NCBI RefSeq assembly: GCF_964194155.1
Contig: NC_135889.1
Span: 101,122,001-101,186,000 of the forward strand
DNA length: 64,000 nucleotides
From: Cetorhinus maximus
Taxonomy: Eukaryota
Direction: 5' to 3'
This document shows positions 53,025-64,000 of this stretch, piece after piece (position 1 is the stretch's first letter; every line of letters starts with the position of its first letter). Under the pieces are notes generated by a model. That model ran no database searches. It saw only the letters and a program-made list of their open reading frames with translations, and was not told the DNA's origin. Position numbers and translations under genes: made by a program.

Positions 53025-54119
53025 ATTGATTCAACACTATCTTGATGCTGCACAGCCCAAGCAGTGAAATATGAGAATTCAGGGCTAGGTCGGGGTGGGG
53101 AGGGGGGGAGCATTAGAGGAAGTTTGGCCTGGTGGTTAGGGAAATGGAAGGAAGCAGAAAAGGCAGCTGATCAAATGGTCTCTATCTTAGAGGCAAAGAA
53201 GATTATGAGCTCCTCACACTTGCTACTGGATGTGAAGGTATAGGAGACGGGAATAGGGATTTAAGAAAATGGTTTGCTATATAGTACAGAAGCTGAGAGT
53301 TATCAAATCCCAAGATGATCCTAGAATAGTGAGCAGTTTTAGCAGATGAGAGCAACACTCAATAATGCTTCATGTGATCCAGCCAGATCTGGCTGTGGAT
53401 GGCTAAAACCAGTAGTCCACCAGATCCTTTCATGTCCTTTAGACTTAAGCAAACAGTGATGAGAGCCATACCAACAGGAACAACAAAGGTGGGAGGGAGT
53501 ATTGGTTTTAATGCTTGTAGGGCAAAAAGGATCATTTATTACAAATTGATTTCTCTTTAGTGAGTTGCTTCTTTATTTCTGTAGAAAATTAAGTTAAAAA
53601 AACATATTCTATTGAAATACCTTTTATGGTAAAAACTTGGTAACTGTGCAAATAAAAAGTGTTTGAGCGTTTTATGAGGTAATTTTTGTTTGTTTATGGA
53701 ATTTTATGTTTACCAAAATGTGACTGAGTTGGTAAAGTTCTGAAAGTGTAAATGTTTGACTTCTATACTTCTGCTGAACACAAAAGGGTCATATTGGGAA
53801 ATTTCATTCTCCCAACACAAAGTTTTCTATCGATCTGAAAGAGAATCATGGACTTGGTGGTGACAATTTCCTGATATGTTTTTCCAAAGTGCTTTAATAG
53901 TACACAACATAAAGTTTACTCTTAAATACTTAAAGCCAAGAGCCCACTGGTGGGAAGGAAACCAATGGGGTGGAGGTATTTGAATGTACAAAAGGGACGG
54001 TGCATGGTTTGGGAAAGGAAGCTGATGGGCAGCAACATGATAAAGAGCTTGGCACCTGATGACCCACCCATTAAGATGACCCTCTCCTGGAGCCCCTGCA
54101 AAACCTTTAGATCATGGAC

Positions 54120-54202
54120 TAGAGACAGAAAATGCTGGAAAAACTCAGCAGGCCTGAAATCTACTGAGGAGAGGGTTAACATTTCGAGTTCATATGACTC
54201 TT
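54120..54202 (-). mobile_element. 83-bp Penelope-derived insert truncated inside the hammerhead core
   Basis: 15-bp TSD CTTTAGATCATGGAC / CTTTAGATCCTGGCC. Minus strand reads AAGAGTC atatg AACTC GAAA TGTT AAC. Confidence 0.72.
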
Positions 54203-55166
54203 CTTTAGATCCTGGCCCTTTCCTGTAGTGCCAAATCTGTGGCTCTTTCAATTTTATAAAACCTGCTCAACTTTTTTTGACCTTGTTTAAATAAAACTTC
54301 TATGCAATTAATATAGAAGAGAATATCTATGAATCTAATACTGAATGCCTTGAAGGGTAAAATAGCTGGTAGCAGATCGGGTGGAGTGCATAAACTTGTC
54401 ATTCTTTTATTACAACCTCTTGCCATTGGTGACACTATAATAGAGTTTTGTGTTTTCCAGCTCTCTATTTTTTTTTACTTTATTCATGGGATGTGAGAAT
54501 CACCGGCAAGAGCTACATTTATTGCCTATTCCAAATTACCCTTGAGAAGGTGATGAACTGCCCTCTTGAACTGCTGCAGTCCATGTGGTGTAGGAATACT
54601 TGGGAGGTAGCTCTGCCTGCCTTCACTCATCATTTGACAGCCATCCCCAGAGAGCTGGTAAAATTCAGCCCAATATTTCAGAGCTTAGGGTTTAGGCACC
54701 TGAAGCCATGGCCGCCAATAGGGGAGCAAAGAAAATTGATGATGTACAAGAGGCCAGGATTGGAGGAGCATAGAGATCTCACAGGTTGTAGGGCTGAAGG
54801 AGGTTACAGAGACAGGAAGGACACATTGAAGAATTTGAAAACAGAAGGGCAATCAAATGAAAGACCTACATGCAGAGATTTATTTGTTAATGTAAGTGTG
54901 GTATGTAAGGGAACAAGTACATTTCTTTACTTATCTGCAGTGGATGAGGAAAATACTTGTTACGTATTCTGTGACTTACTTTAGTGTCCCAGGGGAGATA
55001 CTAACTTATACTTTTATCTTGCTCGCTCCAGTGTAACTTCTGACCCATTGTGAGCAATGACATTGAAGCCCCATTACTATAGTATAATAACTGCATAAGC
55101 ACAAATAGGAGATCCTAATTCTAAATCCTTCACATATCTATGGAAATATGTAAGTGAAGTCATCTG

Positions 55167-58100
55167 TGTTGTAATATGCCTTTAAGGGATAGCAGCATGA
55201 TATCACTAGAAAGAAAGTGTGTCCAATCTTAGTTTAACTTTTGCTTTTCAGCACAGCAAACACACATACAGCTCTGCTGCTGATGCCTTCATGTTTCTAT
55301 CAATGTACATCTGTTCTCACATGCCTAGTCTTAAAAAATGAACACAACATGTTAACCCAATCCCTTATGAGTGATTGGTGCCTTTATACCATTATAACAG
55401 CACAACATGATGCTCAGCGGTGGTCAAACAGCCTGACAGCAAGACTAAGTATTGGTATGACATGGAGAACAGTCTTAGATCATGCTACATGGTATGAGAG
55501 GGCTCTTGACATTTGGTCAGACTGCAACACAGTCGCAGTGTGAGAAAGTGTTGAGAATGCATTGAATAACTGTGCAGAAAAGCTTTGACGACATGGTGCA
55601 GAGATAGTGCTCAAGGAAAGAGCTGGTAAGTAGATGGAACTCTCGTTGTAAGATTGTAGCACATAGCCTGTCAGTCAGTAAGTAGGACAGCGCTTTGAGA
55701 GGGCTAGCACTTGACTAGCTCAGTCAGGACAGGTGAGTGACCAGTGTGTGGGCCGGATCGATAGTGAGCAAGGGAGAGTCAAACAAAACCCTCATAAAAA
55801 TGAGGTCAGAGAATGTTGCGATTATAATGGGTGGGGCTTCAGAAAAGTGCATGAAAACGGCTACAGTGACATTCATTCCAGGTAGGAAAGGAGAAGAAAA
55901 GTCAAAGGGATATTGTCAGAAAGTCCACAAAATTCTCCAGTCTGAATTGGAATGCAGCTAACCCACCATCCAAATTCAAAATGGTTAAATAGCGTACAGA
56001 GCTATGATTTCTTGATTCAGGTGTGTCTGAAACAGAAAAGGCAGCCATAAAAATTTACCTAGCAATTGGGAATGAAGGTCTACACAGGCTGAACAAATCA
56101 GGATTAACATCAGAAGAGCTAAAGGATCCCCAAAAGATACAGATTACATTGGAAGGCCAGTTCAGAATCAGGTTAAACTTCCAGAATTTGAATTGTTGAG
56201 TTGGTGATGGCAACAACTCCTATGGAAGCATTCTAAAGAGATCTGCTAGACAAGTGCAAAACATATAGCATTGAAGAGCTGCTCAAGGATGGATGTAAGT
56301 ACGAAGCGACAAAGCTTACAGGCCCTAAGTACAACCCCAATTGTTGACGTACTTACTAGAACATTCAAACCCAGCAAGACATGTGGAAGATGTGGCCTTC
56401 TACATGCACCCAAGGAAATGCCAGCTTTCCATCAATCCTGCAACAAATGTGGCAGAAAGGGCCATTGGCAGCAGCAGTGCACTAGAACAAAGGTTAGTGA
56501 AGTTACAAAGAGTTGTGCACTGATCTAAACAAACTGTACACAATAGGTACCTTCAAGCAATAAGAATGAACATCTGGTATCCCATCAGAAACATATAGAT
56601 GAGGTAATTGACAAAACAGAAAATGACGATGATGTGCACGATGAGACAAAGAGCGGTGAACACATGTTTCACGCCGTCAATCTCATGGAAAACATATATA
56701 TAGTCACAACGTCTGAGGTGTTTGCTAAGATCCAAATTATCTTCCCTAAGAAAGTTGGTAAGCATTCGTTATTGGCCAATATTGACAATTTTGGCAAGTG
56801 CCAACATATTATCCCTGCGAATTCTAAAACAAATGTATCCACAGACATGGAAGGCCATGGTGAACCCTATTACTGTGAAACTTCCAGCATACAACAATTC
56901 ATTAATTCCATGCGCAGGATCCATAGTCCTGGGGTGCAAGTGCAATCAATCGTCCTGGATGTCACAGATGCTCTGTACCATTGAGACTAAAGGCCAGTGA
57001 TTCTAGGTCTACCAGCATGCCATGGCCTCGCACTCGTCACAATCCATGGAATTAGTCAGGCATCACAAGGCAGAACTCCTATTACCTTAATTCACAACCT
57101 AACATCTAAACATCCAGAATGTTTTGACAAAATTGGCAATTTCAAGAGAACTGCAACATTACACTTGCAGAAGAATACGAGTCCGTCAATTGATCCACCA
57201 TGTAAGTGCAGCATCCACTTACAAGACAAATTGAAGGTCGAACTAGACAAAATCTAACTGCCTAGCTGAATGAATGATTCGCACGGTGAAATCCCTAATT
57301 CTCAAATGTAGACAGACCAAGCAAGATCTACACATTGCAATGTTACATCTGAGACTGACACCTTTAAGTGCAACTATTCCATCACCAGCAGATCTCATGT
57401 TTGACAGACCAGCGCGTACTAATTTACCTACCCGTACTCATTCTACTGTCTCAGAAACTAGTGGGCAAGTTCTAAAACTGCAAGGGAAGATGGCCAACGT
57501 GCACGATAAAAATGCCGGTACAGAATTGCCAAGTTTACATGGGACAACAGGTTCGCATGAGGGATCGCACAAAAGGTACATAGCAGCCAACCGAGGTGAC
57601 ATGGATTTGTTCAGAACCAAGGTCTATGAAGTCATTGCACACAAATGCGCAATGGTGAGGAATAACCGAGGACAAGTCGGATCCATTACAGCTCATCAAA
57701 CAACACACAGTCCTATTGCAGCTAGGACCAGGTCCCATATGCAACCAGGAACAACATTCAAGAATGACAATCCCACAGATCACTGTGAGCAATTAAAAAA
57801 ACATGATAGGTTCTGTGTATACCAGCATATTACTTCTATACTTTAGAGACTCATAGGTTTACCAGTCCTATACATTTATGTAATGGTAACTAAACATGAA
57901 CATGTACTGTAAATAATTACGCTTCTTTGGAAGGGGGGAAAGTATCTTTAAAAAGAAAGGGGGATATTGTAATATGCCTTTAAGGGGTAGCAGCATTACA
58001 TCACTAGAAGAGAAATGTGTCATACAATCCAGCCTTAGTTTCACTTTTGCCTTTGAGCAGAGCACATGCACAATCAGCTCTGCTGCTGATGTCTTCAAGT

Positions 58101-58216
58101 TTTCTATCCATCTATATCTGTTCTCATATGCCTAGTCTTAATAAATGAACTCGCAATGTGTTTACCCAATCCCTTATGAGTGATTGGCACCTTTATATCA
58201 TTATAACAACACAACC
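55167..58216 (+). mobile_element. Ty3/Gypsy LTR retrotransposon, internally deleted and decayed
   Basis: Direct LTRs at 55167-55407 and 57965-58216. PBS-like TGATGCTCAGCGGTGG, PPT AAAAGAAAGGGGGA, flanks ATCTG/ATCAG (5-bp TSD with one mismatch). Confidence 0.9.
55960..57700 (+). pseudogene. Gypsy gag-protease remnants fused to integrase C-terminus (most of RT/RNase H missing)
   Basis: LAIGNEGLHRLN (gag); CGRCGLLH..CNKCGRKGHWQQQC (zinc knuckles); ASANILS (protease region); PECFDKIGNFK..DKLKVELDK (start of RT); then MIRTVKSLILK..LRLTPLSATIPSPADLMF (integrase). Confidence 0.85.
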
Positions 58217-58719
58217 ATCAGGACAATACTTGCACAGTGATGTGGGGAGACCTGAAGGACATTATGTATTAAGCCCTTGCAATAATTGTATTGGGTGTTT
58301 GATGTGATCTCTATCACATAGTATGGATATGAGCCAATGATCTTAATAAGAAGAACAGAGCTTTATTCAAAAACGAACAGAGAATATTGCTGCAGAGTGG
58401 GGGCAGCCTTAATCACTTCAGGCTTTTCCTTATGAGGAATGTCTTATGATTCTATGTATGTATCAAACTGCAATCAGCACGTGTCACCTTTAGGCAGTAG
58501 ACATAATAAATTAGGGACAAGTAGCATATATTACAAAGCATTATCATGCTAAATTTTCTACATCCTACAAATGCATTTTTCTATTAGTATTTCATTGCCG
58601 AGCAGTGCAATTTACACATTTAAGTTATATCCAGCTCCGGTCTTCAGTGATGCTGGAGTTGCCCTTTTTATTACTGTGTTTAGGGTAAAATTGAGGTACT
58701 ATTGCGATAGAGGATGAAC

Positions 58720-59330
58720 TTCGCCCCTGCCTCAGCATAACTGCTGCTGAAACCCTCATTTGTGCCTTAGTTCCCTCCAGACTTAATTATTCCAATGCAC
58801 CCCTGGCTAGCCTACCACATCCTACCCCACTATAAACTAGAGGTAATCTAAAGCTCTGCTGCCCATGTCCTTACTTGCACCAAGTTCCATTCACCCAGTA
58901 CCCCTATGGTCTCTGACCTACACTGGTTCGTGTTCAGGCAATGTTTCAATTTTAAAATTTGTGCCTTTGTTTTAAAATCCCTCCATGGCCTTGCCCCCTC
59001 TCCCGATCTCTGTAATCTCCTCTAGTCCCACAATTCCCCATGATAGGTACATTCATCTAATTTTGGCCCCTTGGGCATCCTTAGTTTTAATTGCTCCACG
59101 ATTGGTGGTTGTGTTTCATCTGCTTAGGCTGTAGGCTCTGGAATTCTCTTGCTAAGCTTATCTGCCTTATTACCTCTCTTCCTTGCATTAAGACACTCCC
59201 TAAATCCTACCTCTTTGACCAAGCATTTGGCTACTTGCCCTGGTGTCACCTTATATGGCTCAGTGTCTAATTTTGCTTTATAAAACCCTTGTGAAACACC
59301 TTGAGATGCTACTATGCAAATCCAAGTTTT
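58720..59330 (+). mobile_element. L2 LINE 3' fragment
   Basis: AAETLICALVPSRLNYSNAPLASLP, I.SSAAHVL, LHWF and LWNSL motifs, followed by an L2 tail. Confidence 0.8.
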
Positions 59331-62300
59331 TGTTGTAACCAGCATGGGCCATCCTCAATGCTGCAATATCTGTGTTGCCTCTTACCTTTTCCCACAAGAC
59401 ACGACATATCCTTTAAATCCACTCACAGTCCCTTGGCTGCAAGTTCATTTTTCTGCAGAGAATAACCCTGTGGCCTCACAACCACATTCTGCTTTACAGA
59501 TTTTGGTGATACTGGATAAATTGCTTCTTATGTATGCATACTAGAGTTTAAAATTCCTTTGAAATTTTAACATTTCCCATGGGAAAGCAAAACATAAAAG
59601 TTACTTTCCCTCTCAAAGAAACAACATCATATTTTCCTGTTGACTTCTACTGTTGGGAATTCAAATCTTTCTGAATTTTTCAACTAAAAGTCTACTACCC
59701 TGACCTAGGAGACAAACATTTACAACATAATTCACTTTTCTTTATGTCTGTGTAAATCATTGGAATACTTGATCTTGCCTGTGAAGTTATGCTCCCATTT
59801 GGGAATGTTGCCCCATTTCCTTGCACTTAAAATGTATTTAAAGCTAAGTATAGAGAAATGTTTATGTTGTTGGCAGGCTCCTTTTCATCACTTAACAAAC
59901 TAAACAACCCCAAAACATGACCTTAACAGCAAGATATCTAAAACATTCCTTTTATATTTTTGGAAACAAAGTAATGACCCAATAGTGTGAGACAACAATG
60001 CATGAAAGCAATAACTATTTTAAACTAATTTTACAGTCACTCTTTAGGGAAAAAATACAGAAGATGTCTTTCAAATTAGAATGATATTCTGAATTATCTC
60101 CAGTATATGTAACATTCCATTCCTCGTTCAGAGAAAGAACGGCAAGATTTGTATTTCTTCCACTTATTATATGAAGCATTGGACTCAGTGGCTAAGAGTC
60201 ACTCCAAACAGAAGCTTATCAAAGCATAAACCAGAACTAGAGCCTGCATTCCTCATTGCTGATATTATCCATAAACATGTTTGAGTTCTAACTCCAATGC
60301 AAGACAACTGAGATACTTACCCTGTACAGAAGGCCTTTAAGTAGCTCCTAGTCAACTCGAGCCCTAGTCCACTGCAGCACTCTTAGGGGTAATTGTTTTA
60401 GATACATTGATGAAGTTTTCTTCAATGGCTTCCCTGGCATAAACTGGACTTTATCCTCCAATTGCTTGCTTTCATTTTCTTCCCCCTCACTTCTTCCTCA
60501 ACCAGGTATGTTCCCAGTGCTTTCTTCCTAATGAAAACTGATCCTGAGAACTCCCAACAGATTTATCAGTAATACTTCCCCTCTTCGAGAAACAGCCTCC
60601 CCAAATATAATCATCCTAACTAGGCCACCAGCCTAGGAGAAGCTTATCCTCAATGAAGTTTATTTCTGTCTTATTATGTGTTTCTAGGCACTCACTCTAA
60701 AGGACTTCCCAGTGAAGCATTTCCATAACAATATCTATATCAGTGACTCTCCTGAACAGTTCCTTCCCCCAAAGGTTCCTTGGCAGCGGATGACAAATCT
60801 CACTCCTCTCTCTTGGGCACTATTCATTTTTGATATGATTACAACAGCATAATATTGCAGCTTAATCTCTTCAATTCCCAAAAGATCAGAAAACAAGCTT
60901 TTCTGGCTTGTTCTGATGGATCCAACTCTGATTGGCTCACCTTGAATTTTCTAACCTGCATCCATGCACATCCCTGTTCAGATTGTAATAGGTATTTACT
61001 TTCTCATTTACATACCCAGCAGTGAAACATCAAAGGCTACTTAAAAAATGGATAATACCGTGAAGTATAAACCTCTGGGTCAGAGTGGCAGTATTATTAC
61101 TGTGTACTTATCTCTGTGACCTCTTCATCATTTCCAGCATCCCCACCCCCTTCCTTCTCCCTGTTTACCACCCACTCCTGCCCCTAATAAATGGAACTCT
61201 TCATTTCCACATAAAATCTCATCTTGTAGCCTGGCTTCAGTGACACTGGGACTTATGGGCTTATTTCCTAATAAGCAACTCAAATGCTTGAGGTACGAGC
61301 AGGCTAATCCAACTTTTCAACTAAATTTCTGTTACTAGCTTGGGCTTTGAAATTGTACTTGGGAATATTAGCTTAACATGATGATCCAGCACCCATTAGT
61401 TATTTCAGCGATGATCTTCAATTTACTTGTTGACACCCTTAAGGATGTTTTAACATTACTTGGTGATTCCCCTTGTTTGTGATGCCACTCTAAGCAATCG
61501 TTTGCAGTTTCAAATCCTACCTGATGTAGGTTACACAGAGCAGTAGTGTGGAGGAAGCACCTGCAATAGAATGGCCAGGTCCACAGGAAGGAAGGAAAGG
61601 AAGGAAACTGCCGGACAAAATTGGAAAGACAATCTGAAACTGTCTACGTCATGTCAAATATTATAGATCTGCGAGTATGTTCTGACATCAATAGAATAAC
61701 AAGAACGCAAACAAATACTCGGTAGTTTCCATATTAAATTCAATAGGCATTTGCAAAGCATTAACAGCATGTCAATTTAGCAGTTCAGTAGCACAGATGA
61801 TATTTATTCATTTATAGTGGAGTACAAGTCAGCAGAGGGAAATAAATACTGCATGGAATGAATTGAATAGTGGACAAGCACTGGCTTAAAGGGTTGCATT
61901 CAGGAAAAAAAAACAATAATAGAATGGGCATGGAGTGCTCACACGCCGATCAGGTGATTAGCAGCTTACTAACATTTCAATCTGCCCATTATGTTTGAAC
62001 GAGAAACTTGTCATCTTTCAGCTTAGTCAGTAAGTGGACTGTCAGGCTGGAGCTGAAAGAAAGGTCCAGGATGATTTTTTTTTGTAAAGGCGTGCTCCGC
62101 CAAAAAAAAGGGAGAATTTAAATATGAATGTTTTGTGACCTGATGTTCCCAGTGGGCTATGCCAGGTTAATGCAGGTAATGCATTTTGAGATATTGCAGG
62201 TGTGCAGCTTGTGATTTCTCTTCAGTAAAACTGAAATTATTGGATGAGAAAGCATGTTGCTGTGCACTAGTGATTTCTCAAGATAGACTTCATGGGATTA

Positions 62301-62747
62301 TTTCGCCCTGCTGGAACTGGTGCATCGCAGAATCATCCCAATCCTATAATACATGACAGGTTCACACAAAAGCAACATGGCATAAAGATAATCTTAGGAC
62401 ACTCTCTCAAAGTTAATAGCCAGTTGTTTTATGCTCTCATAGCTTAATCTCCAGACTTCCCTTGCAATCATTTCAAAAACGCTAGATCCACCTGATAGCC
62501 CAGTGGTAGATGTACTGCCATGTTATGGCAACCACTGAACCATATGAACTAGGCAGGCCCAAGTTTCATCCCTGCCTTGAGATGAGGTGCTCAAACGCAG
62601 GTGGCCCTGAGCACTTTTTGGGTTAGGGAATGAATAAATCAACAGGGTTTCGGGCCGCCCAACAATGTCTAGTGATCCAACAGAGAGTGACATGTACATG
62701 TTGGCCGAGGACAGGATCAGTTTGTTCAGGTGCGAGCAGCCAAAGCA

Positions 62748-62955
62748 GTGGAATTCACTGCCAGAGGAGTTGGTGGAAGCAGGTACGATAGTGGTGTTTA
62801 AGAGGCAGCTTGACAAATATAAGAATAGGATGGGAATAGAGGGATACGGACCCCGGGAGTGCAAAATGTTTTAGTTGGACGGGCAATATGATCGGCGCAG
62901 GCTTGGAGGGCCGAAGGGCCTGTTCCTGTGCTGTACTTTTCTTTGTTCTTTGTTC
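62748..62955 (+). mobile_element. Relatively young CR1 3' end
   Basis: WNSLPEELVEAGTIVVFKRQLDKY, then GAGGGCCGAAGGGCCTGTTCCTGTGCTGTAC and a (TTCTTTG)n tail. CpGs are retained. Confidence 0.8.
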
Positions 62956-64000
62956 AGCTGGATGCTGCCACCTGAAGGTAAATTGTAACCCTCTTGCTTA
63001 CCTTACTATGGAGCCAGGAGAAGCAGGATAGTGCCCCCGGCTCCATATTATGTCTGCGGACAGTTGAGAGCCCCTGCCAGCTCCCCTCCCAGTTATGCTC
63101 CTCCCTAACCCAGGCCATCTGCTAAGGATCTCTTCTGGTGTGCAAATCAGCCAAATACATTCCCCCTCCACAACTAGTGAGCAGCATCCTTCAGGTGCAA
63201 TCTAACTTCTATGCCTATATTCTTTAGGAAATTCATATTTCATTAGTTTGTTTGGAGTTTATGCTGAAGCACATTGGGTCAGATTTTCATTATAGAGGTG
63301 GGACTCGGGAGCCAAGAATCCATCGGTGCCAGCAGGCGGTATTTTCGTCTCCTGGAGGGCAGGATGGCCTGGAGTAGGGCCCGAGGCAGCGACTGTATGT
63401 TGAATTTCATCTACCGCCTGTCATTAATTTAACATTCATCCTCTATTCCTGGCTGCAGTTACCTGGGTCTGGTGCAGCTGGGGGCAACATCAAAGTAAAT
63501 CAGGCATATTCACTAAGGCCTGGCTCCCTGGCCAACAGCTTTTGTGAATCTAACTCTGTTAGTGTTGTCTCTGGCTGCTTGAAATTTATGCATAGGGGCA
63601 ACCATCACTGGCATAGTACTAAACCTATATATGAGCAGTTTGAATCTCTTTAAAATATATCTCTTCAAAAAAAAGTAGAATTTGTGGTTGGATTATAGGG
63701 GTTTCCTAGTGAGACAGCTTTGATAATCTGTTCATAATATGAGTGGATATAACTCCTTGCCATTTACACACATAGCCGTGATATTAGTAGTATCATTAAT
63801 GCCATACTTACCCTGCTTGCTTTCTCTGATGTGTCTGGAATTAGACAATACACTCCTAACAAAAGCAATTAATGCTCATTCAGTTAAATCCTTTGAAAAG
63901 GAACTGATTGAGAATGGGATTTAAAGGAATGAGGATAAGTATAAACATGGATGATGAAATATTCTCCAGAGTACAATGGTTACTGTGCTATTAGGACCAT

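Noticed and set aside
54448-54984. 178-aa ORF
   Set aside because: It runs antisense across a LINE 3' tail, MITE debris and an L2 fragment, so it is a chance open frame.

Overview
This is repeat-dense vertebrate genomic DNA, intronic or intergenic. The repeat inventory suggests a cartilaginous fish such as a shark; that is an inference from CR1 LINEs with (TTCTATGA)n-type tails, Deu-domain tRNA SINEs, Penelope remnants and many Harbinger MITEs. I could not identify an intact host protein-coding gene, and nearly all ORF-track entries are transposon debris or chance ORFs. Main contents: (1) a near full-length degraded CR1 on the minus strand, with esterase-type ORF1, EN-RT ORF2 and a 49-bp 5' tandem array; (2) a plus-strand CR1 at about 24.7-31.8 kb carrying four nested insertions (another CR1, a 2.6-kb Harbinger with transposase and Myb/SANT remnants, a hammerhead-bearing 109-bp insert, and a solo LTR); (3) an apparently ORF1-less LINE with a tRNA-derived 5' head, plus matching SINE derivatives; (4) an internally deleted Gypsy element with both LTRs; (5) a second solo LTR; (6) a 1.7-kb fold-back DNA element and many MITEs with 3-bp TSDs. 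The most notable signals are dispersed Penelope-type minimal hammerhead ribozyme modules, the tRNA-headed LINE/SINE pair, a triplicated 160-bp unit of Pol III head plus double hairpin, and a 73-bp locally templated insertion. Boundaries were read by eye and are approximate unless a TSD is quoted.
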